NCBI GenBank assembly: GCA_020137815.1
Contig: CM035353.1
Location: 4,588,001 to 4,652,000 of the forward strand
From: Hormiphora californensis
Lineage: Eukaryota; Animalia; Ctenophora
DNA: 64,000 nt
Reading direction: 5' to 3'
Numbering within the stretch: the stretch's first letter is position 1; every line of letters begins with the position of its first letter. Made by a program: the position numbers and the translations under genes. The notes beneath the pieces are model-generated. The model saw only the letters and a list, made by a program, of their open reading frames with translations. It did not search any database and was not told the origin of the DNA. Positions 40,106 through 50,334 of this stretch are shown in pieces.

Positions 40106-40640
40106 TAAATCATAAAATTCAAAGTTCATTTTTGACCCGAAAATGTTAATTTTGGATCAAAAATGTTCATTTTAGACCAAAAATGTTCATTTTGGTCATG
40201 TTCTTCAATTTTGAGAGCTTTTTCATGAACGGGATCGTGTTCAGCAGGCCAAAATTAGTCGGAATTTGCTTTCCGACGAATAAAACTCAAAAAGTTAAAA
40301 TTTGTCCCCACTACTACTGCAAAGTAGGAAAATGTGCAAGAAAAAAGGGAAAAAAAGGAAATTTTTCGTTATGAAATGGAGTTCTGAAGGTTCAGACTGA
40401 AAATGATGGTTGTACTGGGTCTCATGAGGCAATTCATATGTGTGGTTTTTTCAAAATAACGCCCCAAAAAACATTTTTTGATATGAATATGCCCATATAT
40501 GCAATGGGCATTCATCGGCCTACGTAATTGGGCCAGGGTAGAGCTAAAATTGTTTTACCAAATGTTTTAGAATGATCGTAGGAGCTCATTCTAGGGGTAA
40601 ACTATGTGAAAATTGGATTTGATTTATGCGTTGGGGAGAC

Positions 40641-40986
40641 CACTCCCCAAATGTTGGATATCTTGGACATTGCCAGCTTCATCGCTGGGTATTTAATTAG
40701 AAAACCTAATAAAAAACTTAGTTCTGTGAGTCTGTCCCAGGGGTTGTGGTAGCTTCTCCTTCAATTCAATATGTAAGGGGACATGTCACAAGACAATCAA
40801 CCCAACAATTACTTATATTAGAAGAGAAGATGCGTGTAAAACTGCTTTTTGTGAAATTTTAGGAAGATCAAAGCTCGCCAGCCTCTTCAGGTATGCCAGT
40901 GGGAGGCATTCATCTGCAATGGCCCTAGCAAGGAACTTTCCAACGTCGTCAGGAGCGTTAGGGTTATCCAGAACCGAATCTGGAAT
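40641..40986 (-). pseudogene. PDCD4: PDCD4-like MA3-domain exons (two), probably non-functional
   Basis: Exon 40986-40813 IPDSVLDNPNAPDDVGKFLARAIADECLPLAYL...AVLHASSLL; next exon from ~40684 MKLAMSKISNIWGV (cf. PDCD4 ...RLDNIWG). A TAA precedes the donor, the phases do not match, and no other exons were found. Confidence 0.7.
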
Positions 40987-41370
40987 CTGGAGGGGGTTAA
41001 AAATAGAGCAATAGACGTAATGGTTGGGATACAAATAGGACATATAAATAATATTATTCTCTTTGCTACAAAGTGGATGCAGCACAAACATAGCATTATT
41101 ATGTGTCTTATGCACATGGTATAAGCTAAGTATCGGAGTAATGCCCGGGGAGGAGACCTTTTCCGGGACCCATAGTAATACTTTGTGCCCAGGACCCAGA
41201 GTAATACTTTGGGCCCGGTCGGTCCAGAGCTGTTGTTGAGCAGTGTCAGTGTTGTAGCTTGTATTAGCTTATAGCTGTGCACAGTACTCCCTTATTTCAC
41301 TATCCCCTTCCCTTTCCATTGATTGTGACACATAATTGCATTGATGAATACTTTTCAGTTTTATAAACAA

Positions 41371-41508
41371 CTAGCACACCCATTGGGTGCGCCTCAAGTA
41401 AGGGCGTTTTGATAACCCACCCTTCCGCTGTACCCATCTGCACGTGCAGTATCAACCAACCCACCCCTAACGACGGTTGCTAGCGACATTTCCAAATTAT
41501 AATAGAGA
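41371..41508 (-). mobile_element. Short non-autonomous Helitron related to 31044-31351
   Basis: Same CTAG end and hairpin, and a TCTCTATTATAATTTGGA start. Confidence 0.7.
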
Positions 41509-41550
41509 TCTTGGACATCAAACTAACCATCGTTTCCCTTGTAGGCCAGG

Positions 41551-42474
41551 ATGAAGGGGTTCCTGTTCATCCTTGTGGCCGTTTTGGTGGTGACACTCGT
41601 TTTTGCCGATACTGAGGACAGGCGACGACGACGTGGAGTCGAGGACAGGCGACGACGACGACGCGGAGTCGAGGACAGGCGACGACGACGTGGAGTCGAG
41701 GACAGGCGGCGACGACGACGTGGAGTCGAGGACAGGCGACGACGACGACGTGGAGTTGAGGACAGGCGACGACGACGACGTGGAGTCGAGGACAAGCGAC
41801 GACGACGTGGAGTCGAGGACAGGCGACGACGACGACGTGGAGTCGAGGACAGGCGACGACGACGACGTGGAGTCGAGGACAGGCGGCGACGACGACGTGG
41901 AGTCGAGGACAGGCGACGACGACGTGGAGTCGAGGACAGGCGACGACGACGACGTGGAGTCGAGGACAAGCGACGACGACGTGGAGTCGAGGACAGGCGA
42001 CGACGACGACGTGGAGTCGAGGACAGGCGACGACGACGACGTGGAATCGAGGACAGGCGACGACGACGACGTGGAGTCGAGGACAGGCGACGACGACGAC
42101 GTGGAGTCGAGGACAGGCGACGACGACGACGTGGAGTCGAGGACAGGCGACGACGACGACGTGGAGTAGAGGACAGGCGACGACGACGTGGAGTTGAGGA
42201 CAGGCGACGACGACGACGTGGAGTCGAGGACAGGCGACGACGACGACGTGGAGTCGAGGACAAGCGACGACGACGTGGAGTCGAGGACAGGCGACGACGA
42301 CGACGTGGAGTCGAGGACAGGCGACGACGACGACGTGGAGTCGAGGACAGGCGACGACGACGACGTGGAGTCGAGGACAGGCGACGACGACGACGTGGAG
42401 TCGAGGACAGGCGACGACGACGACGTGGAGTCGAGGACAGGCGACGACGACGACGTGGAGTCGACGAGGAGTAA
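41551..42474 (+). CDS. Secreted repetitive prepropeptide-like protein: signal peptide + 29 x (R/K)R4-5-G-V-E-D
   Basis: MKGFLFILVAVLVVTLVFA is a typical signal peptide. Pyrimidine-rich acceptor (cccttgtag) 6 nt before the ATG. Indels are multiples of 3 and substitutions are synonymous or conservative in this frame. Confidence 0.8.
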   Translation: MKGFLFILVAVLVVTLVFADTEDRRRRRGVEDRRRRRRGVEDRRRRRGVEDRRRRRRGVEDRRRRRRGVEDRRRRRRGVEDKRRRRGVEDRRRRRRGVEDRRRRRRGVEDRRRRRRGVEDRRRRRGVEDRRRRRRGVEDKRRRRGVEDRRRRRRGVEDRRRRRRGIEDRRRRRRGVEDRRRRRRGVEDRRRRRRGVEDRRRRRRGVEDRRRRRGVEDRRRRRRGVEDRRRRRRGVEDKRRRRGVEDRRRRRRGVEDRRRRRRGVEDRRRRRRGVEDRRRRRRGVEDRRRRRRGVEDRRRRRRGVDEE

Positions 42475-43370
42475 ACTGGTATCCGTTTCAAACAAGACTC
42501 GGCAAATTTATATGATTTGTACGAGATAAAATCGCATTCCAAAAATTTCAAAAATATTAGTATACACAGTTTGTTTGAAACTTTTCAACACAAATTACCT
42601 GTTAACCCGAATGACTGTGGTCATCCGACATAATTGCCATATCTCGACGTGAACTTCGACGTGGAATTCGACGAGGAATAGCAGGCGTTTGTAGTTATGA
42701 ACGCCTAGTAGTATAGTGTGCACAGTTGGGACCCCTTTTTTGCCCTAACTGGGGCACCATTTTGTATGAGCATGTCACGTGACTTCTGATCACCAAAATT
42801 ATGCGGCGCTGGCAAGAGTTGTTCATTAGAATATTGGGAGCGCCGGCAAGGGCCTTGGAATTTATTTTGGCGCTGACAAGGGCCCACATTCGCGATTGGG
42901 ATTTCTGTATGATGTCAATTTTTGTTTGGAATTTCTGTGTGATCTCACCCCTATCACATTACACTCCTGCACAATGCATATAACTTTCTCTCTCTTTTCT
43001 CGTGCTGGTGTTCTGATACAAATAATAATAGAATACTCCAGAGTTCCCCCAATATTTATCTAATGTTCTTTTGTTATTCTTATCGTTCTTTTGGTATTCC
43101 AGTGACTTTTCATTAGAAAGGAACGAGCCGGGAACGGTGAAAATTACAAAAGAACAGCATCGGAACGGTTTTTTGTTAGATAAGAAAAGTTGGAAAATAC
43201 AAAAGAACAGTGGAAATTAGAACGGAACAACAGCGGAACGACGGCGGAACAGTAAAATGTTGCAAAATGTTTCGTAAACGAAAACATAACAACTTTGTGT
43301 CTATAAACAAATTAAGAGACAGGTTTTTCTCGAGACAAATTAATGAATAAATAAAATGCTAGCAGTTATA

Positions 43371-43808
43371 TCAAAATTGAATCTTCATTATATCAAATCT
43401 AATGCATACCACAGCTTCGACTTTCCATGCTGTAGATGGGCGTGAACTCCTTGCTATTTCTAGCAGATCTTCCCGTTCTATATTTTCTTTTACTTTTTTC
43501 ACGTCTTCTCGCCCAGAAATTAATTGAGCAGTCTCAAAAACCATTGTATTATTAGAAGGGTGATAAAATTTAACTTCACCAGTAAGTTTGTTTGTCATAA
43601 AAAATCCGAATGCGACATTCAGTTTTATATCATTCTGATAGTTTTCCAAGACTTTATCTAGTTTACCAAAAATTCCATCAGTGGGTGACAGTGGAAAATG
43701 ATAAATATCTTTTAGTTTGCCTTTTGTAGTACGCTGACGAATAGTTGACCAATTTTTCCGGTACAACTCCCAAAACTTGACGGGCACAGTATCTAGAAAC
43801 GCGTCCAT
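43371..43808 (-). CDS. Stand-alone protein resembling the N-terminal region of Polinton/adintovirus pPolB polyproteins
   Basis: Intact 145 aa. LYRKNWSTIR...IKLNVAFGFFMTNKLTGEVKFYHPSNN...RPSTAWKV matches the recalled motif KINLSFGFILRN.ETGE.RYY...RPNSKW. TATATAAA ~45 nt upstream. Confidence 0.8.
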   Translation of the reverse strand: MDAFLDTVPVKFWELYRKNWSTIRQRTTKGKLKDIYHFPLSPTDGIFGKLDKVLENYQNDIKLNVAFGFFMTNKLTGEVKFYHPSNNTMVFETAQLISGREDVKKVKENIEREDLLEIARSSRPSTAWKVEAVVCIRFDIMKIQF

Positions 43809-43914
43809 GATTCTTATGGTAGCAATTATGCATAATTATGGTAACACCGGTTTATATAGCCAAAGATATGTTCTACTTCAATTATCGACGGGTCATAGCA
43901 CTGTTATTCCCAGT

Positions 43915-44112
43915 GTTCTTTTGGTATTCCAGTGACTTTTCATGAGAAAGGAACGAGACGGGAACAGTGAAAACTACAAAAGAACAGCAACGGAATGTTT
44001 TTTTCGTTAGAAAGGAAAAGTTGGAAAATACAAAAGAACAGTGGATATTAGAACGGAACAACAGCGGAACGACAGCGGAACAGTGAAATATTGTAAACTG
44101 TTGCAAAATGTT
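43915..44112 (+). promoter_or_regulatory. Internal copy of the TIR inner ~200-bp GGAAC/GTTCC-rich module upstream of a gene
   Basis: Direct copy of 43085-43272; another inverted partial copy lies at 45420-45550, upstream of ORF 45359. A regulatory role is inferred. Confidence 0.5.
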
Positions 44113-44200
44113 TGATTCACTGGAACAATAAAACCTACTTTGTTTTTGGTTTGTAAAACAAATAAAAAGACCATTTTTCAAAAAAAAGAAATATAATTAA

Positions 44201-44947
44201 CTATACATTTAAACTTTCATTTTCTAAATCTCTTAAAAGCAACAGCGTTTTTTCAACAACTTGGAAAATATTTGCAAACTCTTTAGAATATTTTAAAAAT
44301 AATTTTTTGATTTCTTCAACGCTCTTTTTGTCAACTAATTTAATCAATTTTCGTTCTTTTTCATTTAATCTCTTTCGCTGAAAAACAACAAGTGGAATTA
44401 CACCATACTTTAGACCAGTACACAACGTTTTAATAGCTTGTAAAAGTTGGTTACTACGTGAAACCTTGACAAATTTCTTTGAAGCAAACAATCGACTGAG
44501 TTCTAGAAAGTCAGCAATATTTTTGGAGTTAATTATTGAATCGGAAAACTCGTTAAAGGTACTGTCCTTAAAATTTGTTATAAACTCATCGAGTTGCTTT
44601 TCAAATAACCGAATGCGACTCAAATGTTGTTTTGATTCCGTCAGCTTTGTTTTGTACAAACGTTCAAACTTGCGAGCGTGCTGATCTCGCACATGATACA
44701 ATTCCTTGTAATTTAGTTCAGGCTTTTTCACAACTTTAGTAAGTGTTGATACTGTTGGTGAAGGGTTTTCCGAATCTTTATCGCTGATATCTGCAGAGGT
44801 GTCATCTATTGGATAATCCTCATCTATCTGTAGTTCTTTGGTATCCATACCTTCATTAATCGTAGGCTTTTTGTGGTAGAGGTCTTTATGTTCAAGGAGT
44901 TGATAAATGAAGGGGAACGATTGGTCACACAAGTCACAAGCTACCAT
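44201..44947 (-). CDS. C2H2 zinc-finger protein with a C-terminal Polinton core-protein-like helical domain
   Basis: Intact 248 aa. CDLC-x12-H-x4-H at the N-terminus, an acidic linker and a coiled segment. LQAIKTLCTGLKYGVIPL...QRKRL resembles a recalled Polinton small-ORF motif. TATATAAGGG ~30 nt upstream. Confidence 0.8.
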   Translation of the reverse strand: MVACDLCDQSFPFIYQLLEHKDLYHKKPTINEGMDTKELQIDEDYPIDDTSADISDKDSENPSPTVSTLTKVVKKPELNYKELYHVRDQHARKFERLYKTKLTESKQHLSRIRLFEKQLDEFITNFKDSTFNEFSDSIINSKNIADFLELSRLFASKKFVKVSRSNQLLQAIKTLCTGLKYGVIPLVVFQRKRLNEKERKLIKLVDKKSVEEIKKLFLKYSKEFANIFQVVEKTLLLLRDLENESLNV

Positions 44948-45005
44948 TTGTAAAGAAATGAAGATAGTTGTCCCTTATATACCCATGGCATGACATCGAA
45001 AGAAA

Positions 45006-45359
45006 CTAGTTACTGCAGTTAGGACATTTATTTTCATAGGTTTCCGGAAACAGCTTGTTCGTAATATTATCAAACATTTCTGGGTTCTGGTTTAGCATTT
45101 CACGAATTTCAGTTAATGAGTTTGATTCCTTAATGGCGTCCACAAGAAGTTTCTCGCGATCTGTTAGATCAGCTTTGCTGATATCAGCGTCAATAAGATC
45201 GTGCTTGAAAGCAAAGCAGTGTAGCAAGCATTGGTATGTATTTTCTCGGTCCGAAGATTCGCTATCAGATTGAGATATATCTGAGTCAGATTCTGGATCT
45301 GAAATATCACCTAAGCCCATTTTCTTAGACGATTCGTGACGCGTAATAGATCTTGACAT
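45006..45359 (-). CDS. Small acidic protein; C-terminus paralogous to that of the neighbouring zinc-finger ORF
   Basis: ATG at 45359 follows TATAAAAG (45400-45393); 117 aa. LTDREKLLVDAIKESNSLTEIREMLNQNPEMFDNI vs LNEKERKLIKLVDKKSVEEIKKLFLKYSKEFANI. Confidence 0.7.
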   Translation of the reverse strand: MSRSITRHESSKKMGLGDISDPESDSDISQSDSESSDRENTYQCLLHCFAFKHDLIDADISKADLTDREKLLVDAIKESNSLTEIREMLNQNPEMFDNITNKLFPETYENKCPNCSN

Positions 45360-47581
45360 GACTAGAAATGAGTTGCACGCAATAAGCAATCTCTTTTATA
45401 GTTCCGAACTACCTATTTTACTGTTCTGGTGCTGTTCCGGTGTTGTTCCAGTGTATCACAAACCGTTCCGTTGTTGTTCTTTTGTAATTTTCACTGTTTC
45501 CATTTCGTTCCTTTTTAATGAAAAGTCACCGGAACACAATAGAACACTACAAATGATAAAGTAACGACAAAATCATTTTCAGAACACCTGTGTAAAAATA
45601 CGTTTCCTAGTTTATGTGTACTAGTAAGCCCGCTCGCCCTACGGGCGAATATCAGGGATGGTCATACAGTAAACTAAGCAAATAGTGTAGTATCATTTGA
45701 AATTTTTAAAATCAGTAAATTTATCAGGTAAATTAACCACAGGGATTCTTTCAACAAAAAACCACGGGTCCTCTTTTGCCAGGTCCTGAAGTATTTTATG
45801 AAGGAGTACATTGGCAAAATACTTTCACGTATTACTATCATTTCTTATTAATGCCATTGATACTTTGTTATTACGTGTGTTGACAACTTTTTTTGAATAA
45901 TAATCACCTCTTTTGTAGGATTCTATCACGTAGTCTATAGGCGTCAGCGCCAGTTTGGGAGATATGGCTCCTCCAAACTCGCTGGCGATTGTGTTGAAGT
46001 TCAGTAGTCATGTTCACGAAACGTGGTGAACAGATCAAATCGAGCAAACGATCAATCACACAACCGGCAGAAAGATGAATCAAGGATGCACGTGCAGTTT
46101 AAGGCTCAAGCTGGCAGGTTGCCAGGGTCCCTCTAGGGACAACACGTGCAAAAGGCCATTTCCAGGAATTTTGTGCCATATTTGGTTAAAAAAACGGGAC
46201 ATGGGATTTCCCTATTTGCTTTAATAATAGTATGATATACTGCATGTTTTCGTTTATGAAACATTTTGCAACATTTTACTGTTCCGCCGTCGTTCCGCTG
46301 TTGTTCCGTTCTAATTTCCACTGTTCTTTTGTATTTTCCAACTTTTCTTATCTAACAAAAAACCGTTCCGATGCTGTTCTTTTGTAATTTTCACCGTTCC
46401 CGGCTCGTTCCTTTCTAATGAAAAGTCACTGGAATACCAAAAGAACGATAAGAATAACAAAAGAACATTAGATGAATATTGGGGGAACTCTGGAGTATTC
46501 TATTATTATTTGTATCAGAACACCAGCACGAGAAAAGAGAGAGAAAGTTATATGCATTGTGCAGGAGTGTAATGTGATAGGGGTGAGATCACACAGAAAT
46601 TCCAAACAAAAATTGACATCATACAGAAATCCCAATCGCGAATGTGGGCCCTTGTCAGCGCCAAAATAAATTCCAAGGCCCTTGCCGGCGCTCCCAATAT
46701 TCTAATGAACAACTCTTGCCAGCGCCGCATAATTTTGGTGATCAGAAGTCACGTGACATGCTCATACAAAATGGTGCCCCAGTTAGGGCAAAAAAGGGGT
46801 CCCAACTGTGCACACTATACTACTACGCCTGATGTGCGCGGCACATTGGCACGTGCGGCATGGGCAGCAGGCGTTCATAACTACAAACGCCTGCTATTCC
46901 TCGTCGAATTCCACGTCGAAGTTCACGTCGAGATATGGCAATTATGTCGGATGACCACAGTCACCGCTCACCATCACCCAGGAGCACCTCTCTCACAGGC
47001 TGCAACAAAATGTACGGGCAAAAGTAGGAATTGTTGCACGTGGTATTAATAGGACTGTTAGAAAGCTAATTCCGGTTGCGTTAGATTCGTATTGAAAAGC
47101 ACATTCAGAAACACGTTGTTCCCTATTTCGGCGTTGATGACCGTCAGACCCTAATAGGACATCATATCACGCCACTCAGTTGCATATATCCCATTAAAAA
47201 GACCTATAAATCCCCTTTAACACCCATTGACTCATCTCACTCCCCTAGGCCTGTTGAGTCGATTCGTCATCCCCTATCGAGCAGAGACCACGTGATTCAG
47301 TAAAGCTGAGAAGAAGAAAGTACGGAGGGCTGGTATCCGAGAGTGTCTCGTGATCCTAAAAAGGATCTTGCACCTGAAAACAAATGACCTTCGTCCTTCG
47401 TCCAGCAATGATTTTCATCTTTGAATTTGTTTAAGAATGTTAGATTTGCTCACTAAAATAATTATCATGATATCTGATCTCATTCAGCTCTATCGATATT
47501 AGAATGCAAGGAATCCAGGCCGCAGCTCTAAACCTTCTTGGAGGGTTTTGGTGACATAGACACCGTGCGCAATGTCACCAA

Positions 47582-48879
47582 GGAGGGTTATTGTTGCGTT
47601 GGAGGGGATGGAGGGTTATTGTTGCGTTGGAGGGGATGGAGGGTTATTGTTGCGTTGGAGGGGATGGAGGGTTATTGTTGCGTTGGAGGGGATGGAGGGT
47701 TATTGTTGCGTTGGAGGGGATGGAGGGTTATTGTTGCGTTGGAGGGGATGGAGGGTTATTGTTGCGTTGGAGGGGATGGAGGGTTATTGTTGCGTTGGAG
47801 GGGATGGAGGGTTATTGTTGCGTTGGAGGGGATGGAGGGTTATTGTTGCATTGGAGGGGATGGAGGGTTATTGTTGCGTTGGAGGGGATGGAGGGTTATT
47901 GTTGCGTTGGAGGGGATGGAGGGTTATTGTTGCGTTGGAGGGGATGGAGGGTTATTGTTGCGTTGGAGGGGATGGAGGGTTATTGTTGCGTTGGAGGGGA
48001 TGGAGGGTTATTGTTGCGCTGGAGGGGATGGAGGGTTATTGTTGCGTTGGAGGGGATGGAGGGTTATTGTTGCGTTGGAGGGGATGGAGGGTTATTGTTG
48101 CGTTGGAGGGGATGGAGGGTTATTGTTGCGTTGGAGGGGATGGAGGGTTATTGTTGCGTTGGAGGGGATGGAGGGTTATTGTTGCGTTGGAGGGGATGGA
48201 GGGTTATTGTTGCGTTGGAGGGGATGGAGGGTTATTGTTGCGTTGGAGGGGATGGAGGGTTATTGTTGCGTTGGAGGGGATGGAGGGTTATTGTTGCGTT
48301 GGAGGGGATGGAGGGTTATTGTTGCGTTGGAGGGGATGGAGGGTTATTGTTGCGTTGGAGGGGATGGAGGGTTATTGTTGCGTTGGAGGGGATGGAGGGT
48401 TATTGTTGCGTTGGAGGGGATGGAGGGTTATTGTTGCGTTGGAGGGGATGGAGGGTTATTGTTGCGTTGGAGGGGATGGAGGGTTATTGTTGCGTTGGAG
48501 GGGATGGAGGGTTATTGTTGCGTTGGAGGGGATGGAGGGTTATTGTTGCGCTGGAGGGGATGGAGGGTTATTGTTGCGTTGGAGGGGATGGAGGGTTATT
48601 GTTGCGTTGGAGGGGATGGAGGGTTATTGTTGCGTTGGAGGGGATGGAGGGTTATTGTTGCGTTGGAGGGGATGGAGGGTTATTGTTGCGTTGGAGGGGA
48701 TGGAGGGTTATTGTTGCGTTGGAGGGGATGGAGGGTTATTGTTGCGTTGGAGGGGATGGCCGATGGAGGGTTATTGTTGCGTTGGAGGGGATGGAGGGTT
48801 ATTGTTGCGTTGGAGGGGATGGAGGGTTATTGTTGCGTTGGAGGGGATGGAGGGTTATTGTTGCGTTGGAGGGGATGGA
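47582..48879 (+). repeat. 28-bp highly homogeneous minisatellite (~46 copies)
   Basis: Tandem GGAGGGTTATTGTTGCGTTGGAGGGGAT. Confidence 0.97.
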
Positions 48880-49175
48880 TTCATTTGACGTTGTATACTT
48901 GAAAAATTTATTTTAGTTAGATTCATTGCAATGACGTGTTTAGAAGGTTGGTCTACTATACCATAGGACTAGGGAATTGGGTGTGGGGTGGAGATTGGAA
49001 TATTAGCATAGAATTATATGTGCCAGGTGGCACATGAATTCTTGGAGCCCAGCTCAGAGCTCCAGTGTATATAAGTTATATTTGCTATAAATTTTGTGTT
49101 GCATAACTGTTGCTCAAAGATGCGTCCTCTCGGAAAGAAGGCTTATATGTTGCCCCACTGGAGATTGGAATATTA

Positions 49176-49514
49176 GGGCGGAATCACACCAAGATCTTCG
49201 AAAGAATTGTAATTTCGACGCACCAAACCCAATCACACTGAAAAGTGTGGTTGGTTCTTCACAGCAGGCGTTCAGTTGTTGTGAACGCCTGCTGTGCGCG
49301 GCGCATTGGCACGTGCATCTTGGGCGCTGGCAGGCTTCTATATGTTACAACATGTGAAAGCCTGCCAGCGCCCAAGATGCACGTGCTAATGCGCCGCGCA
49401 CAGCAGGCGTTCACAACAACTGAACGCCTGCTGTGAAGAACCAACCACACTTTTCAGTGTGATTGGGTTTGGTGCGTCGAAACAATTCTTTCGAAGATCT
49501 TGGTGTGATTCCGC
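49176..49514. mobile_element. Palindromic MITE, Harbinger-like (right tip eroded)
   Basis: TTA|GGGCGGAATCACACCAAGATC...GATCTTGGTGTGATTCCGC; almost fully self-complementary. Confidence 0.75.
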
Positions 49515-49790
49515 ATGGAATTATGGAACTATGTTTATATGGTAGTTTCAAGAGGATTTTTGCTAACTAACCTCTGGTGAAAGATAGTTTAGAAAATCAG
49601 GTAAATAAGGGAATTACTTGAATTCAAAGACGGAAATGTGTTTTCCTACAAAATTAAAAAGGCTGGACTCACTCATCTTAACGTTAAAAGAAAAGTGCAG
49701 TGTTAGATAATGTGGTTAGTACAACTTATCTGGGTATCTGAATTTTGATCTATATTATTATGCGAATAATATGATTATGCGAATGATATG

Positions 49791-50009
49791 ATTATTCGTC
49801 CCTGTGATCAATTTTATTGCTACTGAGTCTTTTATCGATGTCACGTGTAATTTTTCTAGGACAATAATTTGTGCTGTAATGTACATTACAGCACAAATTA
49901 TTGTCCTAGAAAAATTACACGTAACATCGATAAAATTGATCACAGGGACGAATAATCCTTCCGAATCAATACATAATATTAATTTAATATTATGTATTGA
50001 TTCGGAAGG
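49791..50009. repeat. Two abutting hairpins (~165 bp and ~53 bp)
   Basis: Palindrome centred on GCTGTAATGTACATTACAGC, followed directly by CCTTCCGAATCAATAC...GTATTGATTCGGAAGG. Confidence 0.8.
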
Positions 50010-50334
50010 ATTGGCTGGTCTCTATAGAGACCTTAATTATATGATTTTTAGTGTGAAAATGAGCTGTTTAATGGGTGAGCTGTTTAATGGGTTGTTTGGT
50101 TTGGAGGTTGGTTTTTGCGGGGTTTGTCTCGGTTCTTTGGGTTTGGTCTGGCAGCATGATTTGAATGTTTTCAAATTACTGTAGAGTGTAGGTTGTATAG
50201 CGGAAGATATGCCGTGTGGGATCTGTCAGGCCAATGCTCTGACAGTGTGGGATGCCACTTCGACGAAAAGCACCCGATTTCATCGTACAACACCCAACAC
50301 CTGTATCGAAAGCTGCATGCTGGTGAATCATTTA

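Larger units (their letters stand above)
42707..46824. mobile_element. Non-autonomous mini-Polinton/Maverick (4118 bp)
   Basis: Termini AGTAGTATAGTG...CACTATACTACT; 6-bp TSD ACGCCT (42701-42706 and 46825-46830); 581-bp near-identical TIRs (42707-43287 and 46244-46824); AT-rich intronless ORFs. Confidence 0.92.
42612..46963. mobile_element. Palindromic MITE split by the Polinton insertion
   Basis: Arms TGACTGTGGTCATCCGAC... (42612-42706) and their inverse (46869-46963); core shared with the element at 49176-49514. Confidence 0.75.

Noticed and set aside
41518-42551. Antisense STPRRRR (protamine-like) and VLDSTSSSS ORFs, and the D-rich + frame
   Set aside because: Shadow frames of the repeat. 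Only the 41551 frame has a signal peptide and a synonymous substitution pattern; the D-rich frame contains a stop.
47538-48916. Three 440-450-aa ORFs
   Set aside because: Artefact of a stop-free 28-bp repeat; the same peptide appears in all three frames.
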